Shown piece by piece: positions 33,827 to 45,703 of a DNA stretch of 64,000 nucleotides (positions are counted from its first letter, which is position 1; the number at the start of each line of letters is the position of its first letter). The translations under genes were made by a program, and so were the position numbers. The DNA is from Candidatus Cloacimonadota bacterium (GTDB lineage Bacteria > Cloacimonadota > Cloacimonadia > Cloacimonadales > TCS61). The notes beneath the pieces were generated by a model. The model did not search any database and was not told where the DNA came from. It saw only the letters and a list, made by a program, of their open reading frames with translations. The stretch spans positions 2,740 through 66,739 of the forward strand of contig JAUVLU010000002.1 of the NCBI GenBank assembly GCA_030600585.1, in the 5' to 3' direction.

Positions 33827-36301
33827 ATGAGAATTTTAATGATATTTTTAGTTGTGATTTTTACATTACATTTATCAGCTACAATAATCAATATTCCAGC
33901 AGATCAACCAACAATTCAAGATGGAATAAATGTATCTACTTGGGGTGATACAGTTCTCGTGCAACCTAACACTTACGTTGAAAACATTAATTATATTGGT
34001 AAAAATATTACAGTTGCATCATTATTTCTTACGACTCAGGATTCCAGTTACATTGAACAGACAATTATCGACGGTAATCAAAATGGCAGTGTTGTAACTT
34101 TTATGAACGAAGAAGATTCATTGGCAGTTCTCTGCGGTTTCACAATAACAAATGGTTTTCCGGGAACAACAGGTTATTGTTATGGAGGTGGAATTAATTG
34201 TCAGTTTTCAAATCCAATTCTGAAAGATTTACTCATCATAAATAATTCTGCCGGTTCTGGAGGTGGATTGTATATTCATGATTCTAACTCAAAATTAATA
34301 AACGTAAAAATCATCAATAATCATTCTTTCCATTGCGGTGGTGGAATACATTTCGTTTATTCAAATCAGCATCTCGAAGACATTATAATTTCAAATAATT
34401 CAGCAGAAAGATATGGTGGTGGTATTTATGTGTCGTTTTCACCAGAATTAGTATTGGAAAATGTTAGTATAAATAATAACACTGCTCAATTAGGAGGAGG
34501 AATATATAATTATACTGAAGGATTTGTATTTAGTTCTGAAAACAAATGCAATATCTATCAAAATACGATATCAGAAGAAAGAGGTTTTGGTTCAGATATT
34601 TACTACAGACCAAGCTCTTTCGGACCACCAAACAATTTTAATGTAATTGTTGATACTTTCACAGTCTTAAATCCGACAGATTATTATGCCACACCAATAC
34701 AATATATAACATTCGATATTATTCATTCAAAACTCGATAGTTTAGTTAATGCGGATGTATATGTGTCCCCAGATGGAAATAATATGAATAGTGGTCTATC
34801 CTCTGAAGAGCCTTTTAAAACAATCAAATTTGCTTTGTCTAAAATCTATGCTGACAGTTTAGCAAATAATTCCATTATACTTTCACCCGGTGTTTATAGC
34901 GTGTCAACAAATGGAGAACAATTTCCCTTGTATTGGAGTGATAACGTAAGATTGAAAGGATCACTTGAAGGAGAGTCCATTTTGGATGGTGAAAACCAAA
35001 CTGAAATTTTAAAAATATTTCATGCATCCAATGTATTGATTGAAGATTTAAACATTATTAATGGTGCAGGTGAACATAGTGGTGGAGGAATAGGAATTAT
35101 TAAATCAACTGTAGAAATAGATAACATCACTATATCTAGTTGCAACGATATTTATGTTGGATATGGAGGAGGAATTGATTGTGATGAATCCAATTTAAAG
35201 ATTGTTAATTCAACTTTCCAACAAAATGACAGTAATTATGGTGGTGGTTTAATATGTCGGGAGAATAGTATTTTTGACATTAGGAATTCAGAATTTATTG
35301 ATAATTCTGCAGATCGCGGAGGTGGGATAGCAATTTGGGAATCAAATGGTACAATTTTCAATTGTCAATTCACTAGTAATGATAGTTATAATAATGGAGG
35401 TGGGATTGAAGTCAAAAATTCTGATGTAAATATTAAAAACTGCATTATCCGCAATAATGTGGTTACCTGTAACTTTCCTGCATATGATAATAATGGCGGT
35501 GGAATTAATTGTATTGATGAATCTGTTCTGATTGCATGTAATGTATTAATAGAAAATAATTATGCTGATTTTGGAGGAGGGATATATTGTTATGAATCTT
35601 CACTTGATTTGATTAATTGCACTATAACAGAAAATACCGGTAATCAATTTGCTGGAATAAATTCTCAATACTCAGATGTAAATATTATTAATAGTATTGT
35701 TTGGGGTAATAACGTTCAAGATATACTGGTTTTTTTGTCAGACTCCAATATCATTTATTCTGATATTGGTGATGGTGAATATTTGCCAGGCATTGGAAAT
35801 ATAAATACAGATCCACTTTTTTCTGGTTTAGGTCTTCATCCGTATTCATTAAGTGATATTTCTCCCTGTGTTAATGCTGGTATTCCAGATACAACAGGTT
35901 TGAATCTGCCTGAATTTGATCTTGCTGAAAACCCTCGAGTATTTGGTGGAAGAATAGACATGGGCGCATATGAAAATCAGAATGTTATTGTAAGTATAGA
36001 TGAGGAATTAATGCCATTAATTACAAAACTCAAACAGAACTACCCAAACCCCTTCAACCCAACTACAACAATCTCTTTTTCAGTAACACAAAATTCCGAT
36101 TTTGTGACTCTTGAAATTTACAACATCAAAGGACAGAAGGTGAAAACATTAGTTGATAGAAGTTTTGAAAAAGGTAATCATTCTGTTACATGGAATGGAA
36201 CAAATGAAAATAACCAACCGGTCTCTTCAGGAATATATTTCTATAAACTCAAGGTCAATGGAACAGATGTTGCAACAAGTAAATGTGCATTATTGAAGTA
36301 A
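33827..36301 (+). CDS. T9SS-sorted right-handed beta-helix (pectin-lyase-fold / Pmp-like GGGI repeat) surface protein
   Basis: The ATG at 33827 follows GGAGGA; the track start at 33815 is a TTG inside the RBS. Signal peptide, many N.S..GGGI(Y/F) repeats, and a C-terminal sorting domain [16 protein letters not shown]...[12 protein letters not shown]...SGIYFYKLKV. Confidence 0.8.
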   Translation: MRILMIFLVVIFTLHLSATIINIPADQPTIQDGINVSTWGDTVLVQPNTYVENINYIGKNITVASLFLTTQDSSYIEQTIIDGNQNGSVVTFMNEEDSLAVLCGFTITNGFPGTTGYCYGGGINCQFSNPILKDLLIINNSAGSGGGLYIHDSNSKLINVKIINNHSFHCGGGIHFVYSNQHLEDIIISNNSAERYGGGIYVSFSPELVLENVSINNNTAQLGGGIYNYTEGFVFSSENKCNIYQNTISEERGFGSDIYYRPSSFGPPNNFNVIVDTFTVLNPTDYYATPIQYITFDIIHSKLDSLVNADVYVSPDGNNMNSGLSSEEPFKTIKFALSKIYADSLANNSIILSPGVYSVSTNGEQFPLYWSDNVRLKGSLEGESILDGENQTEILKIFHASNVLIEDLNIINGAGEHSGGGIGIIKSTVEIDNITISSCNDIYVGYGGGIDCDESNLKIVNSTFQQNDSNYGGGLICRENSIFDIRNSEFIDNSADRGGGIAIWESNGTIFNCQFTSNDSYNNGGGIEVKNSDVNIKNCIIRNNVVTCNFPAYDNNGGGINCIDESVLIACNVLIENNYADFGGGIYCYESSLDLINCTITENTGNQFAGINSQYSDVNIINSIVWGNNVQDILVFLSDSNIIYSDIGDGEYLPGIGNINTDPLFSGLGLHPYSLSDISPCVNAGIPDTTGLNLPEFDLAENPRVFGGRIDMGAYENQNVIVSIDEELMPLITKLKQNYPNPFNPTTTISFSVTQNSDFVTLEIYNIKGQKVKTLVDRSFEKGNHSVTWNGTNENNQPVSSGIYFYKLKVNGTDVATSKCALLK

Positions 36302-36340
36302 TTATTTTATTTGTCTTAGGGAAAAATAAGGAGCGTAAAT

Positions 36341-39300
36341 ATGAAAAAGATAATATTCATTCTTAGCTTACTATTTGTTTTCGCTTTTTGTCTTGCAGAC
36401 ACTCATATCCCTGCAGGAAATGTAAATGGCGTCTGGACAATTGATGGCAGTCCATATATTATTGATGGTGAAATTTCTATCCAGCAAGGAGATGAATTAA
36501 CCATCGAACCTAGTGTCGAGGTAATTTTCTCCGGACATTACAAATTCAATATCTACGGAAGATTATTGGCAGAAGGAACTGAAAACGATATGATATATTT
36601 TTCTGCACAAGATACGGAATTCGGTTGGCATAGTTTAAGATTTTGGAATACAAATTCAAACGGACAGGACAGTTCAAGGGTTGTTTATTGTGAATTAAGG
36701 CTTGGAAAAGCAACAGGAGAAGGAAATGAAAAATACGGTGGTGCAATTTATTTTAGCAATTCATCTGATATTCTTATTAGGAATTGCTTAATTACAAAAA
36801 ATTATGCGGAATCTCATGGTGGCGGAATTCACTGCTCAAGTTCCAGTCCGAATTTAATAAATGTTACCATAACAGGAAATTATGTTATTGGTGAATGGAC
36901 TACTCATGGCGGTGGTCTTTCTTGTTCAGGTTCCAATCCGTATTTAGAAAATGTCACTATCAGTAGTAACATTGCCCATTACGGTGCTATTGCTTATGGT
37001 GGCGGAATTTATTGTTCTTACTCAAATCCGATTCTGGAAAATGTTACTGTTAGTGGAAATACTGCTGAAGGTTATGATACTTATGGTGCTGGTATTTATC
37101 TTACAAATTCAAACCCGACTTTATCAGATGTTACTTTATCCGGAAATCATTGTGATTCATCTGTCGGATTTGGAGGCGGAATCTTTTGTGATAATAATTC
37201 TAATCCAGATTTAGAAGATGTAACTATCACAGGAAATAATGCTTGTTATGGAGGTGGGATCAGTTGCTCTTCTAATTCTAATCCGGTTTTAGAAAATGTT
37301 TCTATCAGTGGAAATAATGCAAGTGAAGGTGGTGGGATTTTCTGTTACAATTCCAGTCCGAATTTTGAAAATGTAACTGTAACCGGAAATTATTCTTATA
37401 ATCAAGGTGGTGGTATTTATCTTAATTCTAATTCTAATCCAACTTTTACAAATGTTATTATAATTGGAAATAGTATTTCCAATAATGGTTCAAATGGTGG
37501 TGGGATTTATTGTTCTGATTCCTGTCCGATTTTAACAAATGTTACAATTGTTGGAAATATTTCGCAATATTATGGAGGTGGGATTTTCTGTTCTGATAAT
37601 TCCATTCTGAATATAGAAAATGTCTCAATAACAGATAATTCTGCTTCTGAACATGGAGGTGGAATTTACTGTTCGGAATCCAATCTGAGTTTCAACCCGG
37701 AAAACAGATGTAATATTTATTCTAATAATATCACAAATAATAGAGGTTATGGCTTGGATATTTTTGCTAATAATTGTGATATAATAGATGTAATTGTTGA
37801 TACTTTCACTGTACTGACTCCAACCGATTATTATGCATCTCCGATTGATAATTTTACTTTTGATATATTGAACTATATTAGTCAGCAGATAAATGCCGAT
37901 CTTTATGTTTCACCGGATGGTGATGATACAAATAGCGGATTAACAGCGAATGATCCGTTAAGAACAATAAGATATGCCTTAACAATTATTTATGCTGATA
38001 GTTTAAATCAACATACAATATATCTGTCACCCGGAATATATAGTCCTTCCACAAATGGAGATCAATTTCCATTACCTATGTCTAATTATGTTTCATTACA
38101 AGATAACAATCAGGAAGATACATTCTTAGATGCAGATAGTTTAAGCGGGATATTGAGATTTGATTTTGTCACGGAATCAAATATAAGGGATATTACATTA
38201 AGAAACAGCACTAATGGGATTTATTTATCAAATTCTTGTCCGAGTTTAGAGAATGTAACAATATCCGATAATTCAGGTAGTGGAATCTGTTGTAGTGATA
38301 ATTCTAATCCAAGTTTGGTGAATGTTATCATAACAGGTAATTCCGGTTCTTGGGGAGGTGGGATTAACTGTTATAATCATTCCAATCCGAGTTTGGAGAA
38401 TGTTTCCATAACAGGTAATTCTGCTTCTCTTTTTGGTGGTGGAATTTACTGTAGTAATAATTGTGATACAAATTTTGAAAATGTAACAATAATGGAAAAT
38501 TCTGCTTCTCAACATGGTGGTGGAATTTATTGTTCGGAATCCAATATGAGTTTCAATATAGAAAACAGATGCAGTATTTATCTAAATAATGTTTTAAATA
38601 GTAGAGGTTATGGTTTGGATATTTTTACTTATAAATGTGATACAATAAATGTATTTGTGGATACTTTCACAGTATTGACACCAACTGACTATTATGCATC
38701 TCCAATTAATTATTTAACTTTTGATATTATTTATGGAACACAAAATAATCTGATAAATTCCGACTTTTATGTATCTGTTGATGGAGATGATTCCAATACA
38801 GGAACTACTGCGGATGAACCTTTGAAGACTATCAGATGTGCATTATCAAAAATATATGCAGATAGTTTAAATCAAAATACGATTTTTCTTTCATCGGGAA
38901 TATACAGCACCGAAACAACCGGAGAAATATTTCCCATAGAATGGAGTAATTTTGTATCTTTAGCAGGAAGTGAAGAAGAAGAGACGATATTGGATGGATA
39001 CAATGAAACCGGTGTTTTGAAATTTCATTATGTAACTGCTGCTTCAATAGAAAATATAACTATAAGAAATGGTGATGGAGAAGTAGGTTGCGGAATATAT
39101 TTTAATCATTCAAGCCCGAGTATAAAAAAAGTTACAGTAACAGGATGTTCCGGTCATGCTATTTATTGTAAAAATTCTTCAAATCCAAGTTTGAAAAATG
39201 TTCTGATAACCGATAATGCCGGTAAAGGATTTTACTGTAAGTATTCTTCCAATCCAACTTTAGAAAATGTTACAATAACCGGCAATTATGATTCTTTTTG

Positions 39301-39979
39301 TGGTGGGATTTATTGCTATGACTCCAACCCATGTATAGTGAATTGTATATTTTGGAATGATTCGCTGCATGAAATTCATTTATATTATCAATGCTCTATC
39401 ACAATATCATATTCGGATATTCAAGGTGATTTTGATGGAATTGTATCAAGTTATAATAGTACAGTAAATTGGCTTGAAGGTAACATAGACGCAGATCCAT
39501 TATTTGCAGACCCGCAAAATGGTGATTTCCATTTAACCTGGGCTAATTTCCCGATACCAGATTCTACAATGTCTCCTTGCATTGATGCTGGCGATCCAAA
39601 TTTACCTTATGATCCTGACGGGACAATTTCAGATATGGGAGCATTTTATTATGAGCAACCGGTTGGAATAGAAAAAGAAAATGTTCAATCTTCAGTATTA
39701 AATGTCAAACTCTCAAATTATCCTAATCCCTTCAATCCAACAACAACAATTTCTTTTTCAGTAACACAAAACTCCGATTTTGTGACTCTTGAAATTTACA
39801 ACATAAAAGGTCAAAAAGTAAAAACATTAGTTGATAGAAATTTTGAAAAAGGTAATCATTCTGTTATCTGGAATGGAGAAGATGAATCAGGAGAATCTGT
39901 TAGTTCCGGAATTTATTTGTATAAATTAAACGTTAATGGCAAAACTGAAGTAGCGAAAAAATGTTTATTGTTAAAATAG
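36341..39979 (+). CDS. T9SS-sorted giant beta-helix surface protein (paralog with an internally duplicated module)
   Basis: 1212 aa. Signal peptide, dozens of NP.LENVT(I/V)(S/T)GN...GGGI repeats, two copies of the ENRC.IY...[17 protein letters not shown]...DG(D/N)D.N.G module, and the same C-terminal sorting domain. Confidence 0.8.
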   Translation: MKKIIFILSLLFVFAFCLADTHIPAGNVNGVWTIDGSPYIIDGEISIQQGDELTIEPSVEVIFSGHYKFNIYGRLLAEGTENDMIYFSAQDTEFGWHSLRFWNTNSNGQDSSRVVYCELRLGKATGEGNEKYGGAIYFSNSSDILIRNCLITKNYAESHGGGIHCSSSSPNLINVTITGNYVIGEWTTHGGGLSCSGSNPYLENVTISSNIAHYGAIAYGGGIYCSYSNPILENVTVSGNTAEGYDTYGAGIYLTNSNPTLSDVTLSGNHCDSSVGFGGGIFCDNNSNPDLEDVTITGNNACYGGGISCSSNSNPVLENVSISGNNASEGGGIFCYNSSPNFENVTVTGNYSYNQGGGIYLNSNSNPTFTNVIIIGNSISNNGSNGGGIYCSDSCPILTNVTIVGNISQYYGGGIFCSDNSILNIENVSITDNSASEHGGGIYCSESNLSFNPENRCNIYSNNITNNRGYGLDIFANNCDIIDVIVDTFTVLTPTDYYASPIDNFTFDILNYISQQINADLYVSPDGDDTNSGLTANDPLRTIRYALTIIYADSLNQHTIYLSPGIYSPSTNGDQFPLPMSNYVSLQDNNQEDTFLDADSLSGILRFDFVTESNIRDITLRNSTNGIYLSNSCPSLENVTISDNSGSGICCSDNSNPSLVNVIITGNSGSWGGGINCYNHSNPSLENVSITGNSASLFGGGIYCSNNCDTNFENVTIMENSASQHGGGIYCSESNMSFNIENRCSIYLNNVLNSRGYGLDIFTYKCDTINVFVDTFTVLTPTDYYASPINYLTFDIIYGTQNNLINSDFYVSVDGDDSNTGTTADEPLKTIRCALSKIYADSLNQNTIFLSSGIYSTETTGEIFPIEWSNFVSLAGSEEEETILDGYNETGVLKFHYVTAASIENITIRNGDGEVGCGIYFNHSSPSIKKVTVTGCSGHAIYCKNSSNPSLKNVLITDNAGKGFYCKYSSNPTLENVTITGNYDSFCGGIYCYDSNPCIVNCIFWNDSLHEIHLYYQCSITISYSDIQGDFDGIVSSYNSTVNWLEGNIDADPLFADPQNGDFHLTWANFPIPDSTMSPCIDAGDPNLPYDPDGTISDMGAFYYEQPVGIEKENVQSSVLNVKLSNYPNPFNPTTTISFSVTQNSDFVTLEIYNIKGQKVKTLVDRNFEKGNHSVIWNGEDESGESVSSGIYLYKLNVNGKTEVAKKCLLLK

Positions 39980-40159
39980 TGTTAGATGAACTAAATTTTA
40001 AGTGAGAAGCTTAGTAATTCAGCAACCGCCTTCTCCGATAGCTGCCGGATTTGGTTTGGCAAGCAGGATGACGTCATATTGAGTTATAAAAAACCTTAAT
40101 TATTGACAAAAAGAGTTATTAAATTTGATTAAACACTAATTAATATAAAAGGGGAACAG

Positions 40160-40363
40160 ATGGAATGTAAAAATCAGAGCAGAAATATGGAAAACTGCAA
40201 CTGCACATACCCTTGCAGTAAGAAGGGAATCTGCTGTGAATGCATTAGCTATCACCGTTCCATGAATGAACTTCCTGCATGTTATTTCCCAAATGAAGCA
40301 GAAAAAACATATAACCGTTCGATAGAATATTTTATAGAATTATATCAGCAGGGCAGGATATAA
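40160..40363 (+). CDS. Small Cys-rich cytoplasmic protein (DUF6485-like)
   Basis: 67 aa. [21 protein letters not shown]...LPACYF carries 8 Cys. GGGGAACAG lies upstream of the ATG. Confidence 0.45.
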   Translation: MECKNQSRNMENCNCTYPCSKKGICCECISYHRSMNELPACYFPNEAEKTYNRSIEYFIELYQQGRI

Positions 40364-40941
40364 TGTTCATCATCAAACCTTTAATTTTCATCGTTGTGAA
40401 TATGTTGTTTGGTTTTCTCTATGTATTTGCTATCAAGTTTTTTCTGTTCATACCTTCCAAACAGAAAATGATTTATGGCAAACGTATTCCTCTCACACCC
40501 GCGTATATTTACCGTAAAAAGATATGGCTTATCAAAAAGATCAAGAAAATGGTAAATGATTACATCAATGATACAAAAGATGACACAGACGGTTCACGCA
40601 TTACAAAGTGGGAACATAAAGTTTTCAATGAAACGTGGGATAAAATTACTTTTATGGATGACCTTAAATTCATCCCAAAATCTTTAAAGAACAATATCAG
40701 GCATTTTATTGCGACTGTAGTATTTGAGGTTGTAAAGCAGTTTTTGCGTACATTTATTCCATATTTAATGGAGAAATACGAATTGAACAAATACATTGAA
40801 CTGCTCGATAAAAAACTTGATGTGAATATTATAAAAGAATATTTTAATAGATATGTTTATAAGTATGTTTTAATGTTCATATTAGCAATTCATTTTCTTA
40901 TTGGCTTAGGAAATATGATAATCTATCTGTGCGTAAAATAG
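40363..40941 (+). CDS. Membrane protein, unknown function
   Basis: 192 aa with N- and C-terminal TM helices. Its start overlaps the previous stop (ATAATG). Confidence 0.45.
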   Translation: MFIIKPLIFIVVNMLFGFLYVFAIKFFLFIPSKQKMIYGKRIPLTPAYIYRKKIWLIKKIKKMVNDYINDTKDDTDGSRITKWEHKVFNETWDKITFMDDLKFIPKSLKNNIRHFIATVVFEVVKQFLRTFIPYLMEKYELNKYIELLDKKLDVNIIKEYFNRYVYKYVLMFILAIHFLIGLGNMIIYLCVK

Positions 40942-40996
40942 GTTATTAATAAATAAAAAAAAGTGTAATTTTAAAATACACAATATAGGAGAGTAG

Positions 40997-42115
40997 ATGA
41001 AAAAGTATTTTTGCAGAATAATATTAGTCTTATTGGTTATTCTTATAAGTAGTTGCAACGTTTCTAAAGGTAAGAAAGACAGATCAAAATTTGGCGGAAA
41101 GGCTAAACATCATAAAGTTGAACTGGGGACAATAGTAATAAAACTGGAAGAAACAGGGGAGATCCAGCCGATAAGAGAGATAGAACAAAAATCACAGGTA
41201 AGTGGAAAGCTAGTTAAATTCTTTGTAGAAGAAGGAGATTATGTTAATAAGGGAGATCTCATAGCAATGATTGAACCAGATTTTAATCAGGCTGAAGCTA
41301 TCTTGCGTGTAAATAGTAATTTGAAACTGTCTGAGATCGAATTGGAAAATGCAAGAGAAAAATATAATAAAAGAAAAGAACTTTTTGCAAATAATTATAT
41401 CTCGGAAACCGAACTTGATAATTACAAAGATGCTTATACAACTGCTCAGATAAATTATAATTCGGCATTGCAGCAATACGAACTTGTAAAAGAAATTGAA
41501 TCAGATGATAATTTATCAAAATTACATTCAACTGCTTTCGGAACAATTATTCAAAAGCCTGTAGAAGAAGGTGAAATGGTGGTTTCCAGTTCAGGATCAT
41601 ATTCTGCCGGTACTGTAATTCTAAAACTTGCCGATCTTAGCAGAATGATAGTTGACACAAAGATCAATGAAGTAGATATTTCGAAGATCGAAATTGGGAT
41701 GAAAGTTAATATTCAGGTCGATGCATATCCGTATGATAATTTTGATGGGGAAATTACAAAAATAGCTGCAATGGCTATAAATTATAACAATGTAAAAGTT
41801 TTTCCGGTTGAAATTGAACTAAAGGAAGTTGATGAAAGATTAAAACCCGGGATGACTGCAAATATCACAATAATCGGGGAAGAAAGAAAAGATATTGTCG
41901 TAATTCCAATTCGCTGTATATTTTCTGATGATGAGGGAAATGATATTGTTTATAAAGTAAAGAATGATACAATAGGTAGTGGTGATATTGTAAAAACCGG
42001 AATAAACAACTTCCAGCAGGTTGAGATAATTGATGGAATAGCTGTTGGTGATACAATCTCAACGAAAGAACCTGAATCAGAAAAAACTAATGAGATGAAT
42101 ATCAAGTTCGATTAA
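40997..42115 (+). CDS. HlyD/MFP-family periplasmic adaptor lipoprotein (MacA-like)
   Basis: 372 aa. Lipobox LISSC, a biotinyl-lipoyl-like hairpin (GKLVKFFVEEGDYVNKGDLIAMIEP), a coiled-coil hairpin and a beta-barrel domain (LKPGMTANITII). Confidence 0.8.
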   Translation: MKKYFCRIILVLLVILISSCNVSKGKKDRSKFGGKAKHHKVELGTIVIKLEETGEIQPIREIEQKSQVSGKLVKFFVEEGDYVNKGDLIAMIEPDFNQAEAILRVNSNLKLSEIELENAREKYNKRKELFANNYISETELDNYKDAYTTAQINYNSALQQYELVKEIESDDNLSKLHSTAFGTIIQKPVEEGEMVVSSSGSYSAGTVILKLADLSRMIVDTKINEVDISKIEIGMKVNIQVDAYPYDNFDGEITKIAAMAINYNNVKVFPVEIELKEVDERLKPGMTANITIIGEERKDIVVIPIRCIFSDDEGNDIVYKVKNDTIGSGDIVKTGINNFQQVEIIDGIAVGDTISTKEPESEKTNEMNIKFD

Positions 42116-42175
42116 TCATTTCATAATTCACTTTTTCATATTTTTATTGCTGCATGTTGATCTTGGGAGGATATT

Positions 42176-43405
42176 ATGCTGCACAAAACTGCAATAGTAT
42201 TTATTATATTATTTATTTCCTTTAATGTCGGTGCTCAGCAACTGATAAAAAGTGTAGATCTTGTTAAAACAGATGATAACGTGATCAATATTTATCAGAA
42301 TAAGGATACAGGTGAGATATTCCGGCACTATTCAAATAGAACAGATTCTTCTGTATTGGATTTGGGAATTGTAAATGATCTTTTAGCTGAAAATGTTCTT
42401 GAAGGTATAATCTGGGAAAGAGGTAAAAAGATTCCTTTTTCTAAAGGTGAACATTTTCTGGCTGCCAAAAACGATTTCATTTTGACCGTAAAAGATGTAC
42501 GGCATATTGAAAAAGAAGAATTTCTTAATGAAGTTAGAAGATATACGATTATCCAAAGATCTTTGCTTGAATCAGAGGAAAAGCTTCACATTTCAAAAGA
42601 CCACGATATAATAATGCTCAGTAATGGGAATTTCATTATCTCTAATTATTCTGAGAATTATGGAAATGAGTTTAAACTTTATTCCAACAAAATGGAGTTG
42701 TTGGAATCATACAAACCTTTCCTGCTCGGATTTAGTAATATTCAATTCGCCGAGAATAACAATGTCCTCATCGCTGTGATCTATCCTACAAAAACGCATC
42801 GAAATAATAAGATAAAAGTGCTATTTATTAATACAAAAAATGGTTATTTGCTGCGTGAAAAAGAAATATATAATAATTTCTCTACTAATAAAATTTTTGC
42901 AATAAATGATCTTTTCATCTTATACGGTGCAGGTTGGTTCAATGCATTCTCACCGGAGGGTAAATTGAAATGGGATAGAACATTTGATGATCCTGTATCC
43001 ATCTTTGAAGGTGATCAAGGGAAATATATATATGTTGTAACTTTAGAAAAGATATATTGTCTTAAAAAGAAGAACGGACACATCAAATGGTCTGAGAAGA
43101 TTTCCAAATATTACGAATTGAATTTAGGGAAAATGCTGGAAAGCGTTGTAAATATCGATGTAGTCCCACTTGGGATCTACAGCTTATATAATGGTTCTGA
43201 GATCGGTGTGATAATCGGACAGACAAAAGGCACACTCGGCAAAAGCAACTTGAAACATCAGATTGTTTTATTCAGATTAGATAAAAATGGTGAACTGCTT
43301 GGTCAGATAGATATTGCATTAAAAAGTGAGGTCGTTAAGCTGATATCAGGCAATGGAACCTTTAAAGTTATTACAGACAACTATGTAAAAACATATTCAA
43401 AGTAG
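42176..43405 (+). CDS. Hypothetical secreted protein (possibly beta-propeller-like)
   Basis: 409 aa with a signal peptide (IVFIILFISFNVGAQQ). I recognise no motifs. Confidence 0.4.
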   Translation: MLHKTAIVFIILFISFNVGAQQLIKSVDLVKTDDNVINIYQNKDTGEIFRHYSNRTDSSVLDLGIVNDLLAENVLEGIIWERGKKIPFSKGEHFLAAKNDFILTVKDVRHIEKEEFLNEVRRYTIIQRSLLESEEKLHISKDHDIIMLSNGNFIISNYSENYGNEFKLYSNKMELLESYKPFLLGFSNIQFAENNNVLIAVIYPTKTHRNNKIKVLFINTKNGYLLREKEIYNNFSTNKIFAINDLFILYGAGWFNAFSPEGKLKWDRTFDDPVSIFEGDQGKYIYVVTLEKIYCLKKKNGHIKWSEKISKYYELNLGKMLESVVNIDVVPLGIYSLYNGSEIGVIIGQTKGTLGKSNLKHQIVLFRLDKNGELLGQIDIALKSEVVKLISGNGTFKVITDNYVKTYSK

Positions 43406-43420
43406 TTTTATAATATAATT

Positions 43421-43930
43421 TTATAATAATTTCTTCAGCATTCCGGTATTTCTATCGATAATGTTCATTTCGACTTCCGCTTCTGCCAGCAATTCCTGAG
43501 CAAGTTTATCCTCATATGATTCTGTAATATAAATAGTTTTAATCTCAGCGTTAATAAGAATTTTAGAACAGATAACGCAGGGCTGATTTGTGCAGTAAAG
43601 CGATGCATCCCGAATAGAAGATCCGTTAATGGCAGCTTGGATAACAGCATTCTGCTCAGCGTGAACTCCGCGGCACAATTCATGTCTTTCACCGGATGGA
43701 ACGTTTAATTGTTCGCGAAGACAACCCGTAATTTCACAATGCCTGATATGTTTAGGTGCCCCATTATATCCTGAAGATATAATTTGATTATCCCTCACAA
43801 TAATAGCTCCCACTTGTCTGCGCAAGCAGGTTGATCGTGTACTTGCAAGATATGCCATTTCCATAAAATATTGATGCCAGCTTGGTCTGTTATTCATTTT
43901 TACCTCTATTATTTTTTTTATTTGTCTCAT
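43421..43930 (-). CDS. dCMP deaminase (ComEB family)
   Basis: Zinc motifs HAEQNAV and PCVICSKIL are present. The likely true start is the ATG at 43897 ([15 protein letters not shown]). Confidence 0.85.
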   Translation of the reverse strand: MRQIKKIIEVKMNNRPSWHQYFMEMAYLASTRSTCLRRQVGAIIVRDNQIISSGYNGAPKHIRHCEITGCLREQLNVPSGERHELCRGVHAEQNAVIQAAINGSSIRDASLYCTNQPCVICSKILINAEIKTIYITESYEDKLAQELLAEAEVEMNIIDRNTGMLKKLL

Positions 43931-44621
43931 TTTGTTGTTGTTTTATTTTCTCGTCCCGTACAAATTCTGCCTGTGATTTCCGTAAGTAATATGGTTCCAA
44001 TTCCGATATACTCTCAAAATCATATTTTGGGATGTTACATTTAAGTGCTATACTTATCAGTGTAGAAGCCAGTGGAATATTCTGATGTTCCAAACAAAAT
44101 ATATGATCGATTCCACTTTTTATGATCTCTTTTTTAAATAATTTTGCGCCATCGCCAACAATGATAACAGGTTCTTTTATCATCTTGAATATCTCAGTTG
44201 GTTTTGCGTTAGTTTCCGGTATCAGAATTTCCAGATCAGGCGAATACAATGCTGCGTAAACTTCCGCCATTCGCGCATCGATAAGTGTAAGTATATTCCT
44301 ATTTGCCGGAAATATATTGTTTGCCAGCAGCTCGAGGGTATTAATTGGTAGTAATGGAATGTTGTGAGCCATGCATATTCCTTTAGCTGTAGCAAGTCCA
44401 ATTCTTACACCTGTAAAAGATCCGGGTCCATTGGCAATTACAACCAGACCTATATCGGAAATATCTATTTTGGAATTCTTAAGCCCGGCATCGATCTGCG
44501 GCAATAAACGCTCTGAATGCGTTACCTTAATATCGAGATGATTGATATATGAGATGTGATCTTTGTTATAAATTGCAATACTGCCGGAAGTTGATGTTGT
44601 GCTTAGAGCAAGTATATTCAA
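43890..44621 (-). CDS. tsaB: tRNA threonylcarbamoyladenosine biosynthesis protein TsaB (YeaZ)
   Basis: 243 aa. Contains [18 protein letters not shown] and [18 protein letters not shown]. Confidence 0.85.
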   Translation of the reverse strand: MNILALSTTSTSGSIAIYNKDHISYINHLDIKVTHSERLLPQIDAGLKNSKIDISDIGLVVIANGPGSFTGVRIGLATAKGICMAHNIPLLPINTLELLANNIFPANRNILTLIDARMAEVYAALYSPDLEILIPETNAKPTEIFKMIKEPVIIVGDGAKLFKKEIIKSGIDHIFCLEHQNIPLASTLISIALKCNIPKYDFESISELEPYYLRKSQAEFVRDEKIKQQQNETNKKNNRGKNE

Positions 44622-44815
44622 ATTATTCTCCTACATTTATTTCTGTTACAGAATTTTTCTAAAATTGCTAAAGTCAAGAAAAAGAAATTTTAAATGATAT
44701 TCAAATTATTCAATCGGGTCATATAAGGGATATCATAAATAATCTTGCAAAAATTAACTTTACTTACAAACCCTATTTTATCAAATTAGCATCAGAAAAT
44801 AAAGCTGGAGACAGA

Positions 44816-45703
44816 ATGAAAAAATCTACAAAGAGCAAAATAGAGTTTTTCTTTTTTAAATTATTTATCGATATATTCAAAGTTTTTCCATATAGATTTA
44901 CCAGATCATTTCTGGCAAAACTTTTTGTATTCGGCACCAGTGCATTTAATATCCGTTTGTCAGTAGCAAAAAAGCAGCTTAAAATGGTATTCCCTGATAA
45001 AACAGAAAAAGAGATAAAAACAATACTTAAGAAGATGTTTTATAATATGGGATTAACAACTGCCGAATCGTATTTCGGTAATACGGAAAAACTATTTGAA
45101 ACGTGTGAAACAAAGGGCTGGGAGAATTTGAAAGGTGCAGTCGAAAAAAGAAAAGGTGTGATCCTGGTAACCGGTCATTTTGGAAATTGGGAACTTGCCG
45201 GCAAATATATTGCGGCGCACTTTGATATGGCTGTTGTAGGTAAAAGACAGCGAAATAGATACTTTGATAATTACACAAATGCTGTGCGTTTAAAAGATAA
45301 CGTTATTGTGATAGATAAAAAAAATGCGCTCAGACCTATCCTTAAAATGCTGGGAGAGGGTTATATCGTAAGTTTATTAATGGATCAGAATGCAGGACGG
45401 AATGGTGTGCTCACAGATTTTTTAGGACACGAAGCTTCCACGTTTGTTGGTGCTGCCAAGATTGCAATAAAAACAGGATGCCCTATTGCTCCGGCTTATG
45501 CAATAAGGAAGGATGACGGAAGTCACCTGTTTATCTGTGAAGATATCATCTCTCCCGAAGGATTCAAAAACAATTTAGAAGATATAACAAAATTCACGGA
45601 AATTATATCTAAAAATATAGAAAAATATATTTACCAATATCCTCATTTATGGTTTTGGGTTCATAAACGTTGGAAAGGTTATAAAAAAGCCAGAAAGATA
45701 TAA
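44816..45703 (+). CDS. Lysophospholipid/lipid A late acyltransferase (LpxL/HtrB family)
   Basis: 295 aa. Contains VTGHFGNWEL (HX4-type acyltransferase box), LMDQNAG, and a C-terminal YPHLWFWVHKRWK typical of the family. Confidence 0.75.
   Translation: MKKSTKSKIEFFFFKLFIDIFKVFPYRFTRSFLAKLFVFGTSAFNIRLSVAKKQLKMVFPDKTEKEIKTILKKMFYNMGLTTAESYFGNTEKLFETCETKGWENLKGAVEKRKGVILVTGHFGNWELAGKYIAAHFDMAVVGKRQRNRYFDNYTNAVRLKDNVIVIDKKNALRPILKMLGEGYIVSLLMDQNAGRNGVLTDFLGHEASTFVGAAKIAIKTGCPIAPAYAIRKDDGSHLFICEDIISPEGFKNNLEDITKFTEIISKNIEKYIYQYPHLWFWVHKRWKGYKKARKI

Noticed and set aside
36546-39047. Short sense and antisense ORFs inside the 1212-aa beta-helix gene
   Set aside because: They are overlapped by a continuous 3.6-kb ORF with clear repeat architecture and a sorting domain.
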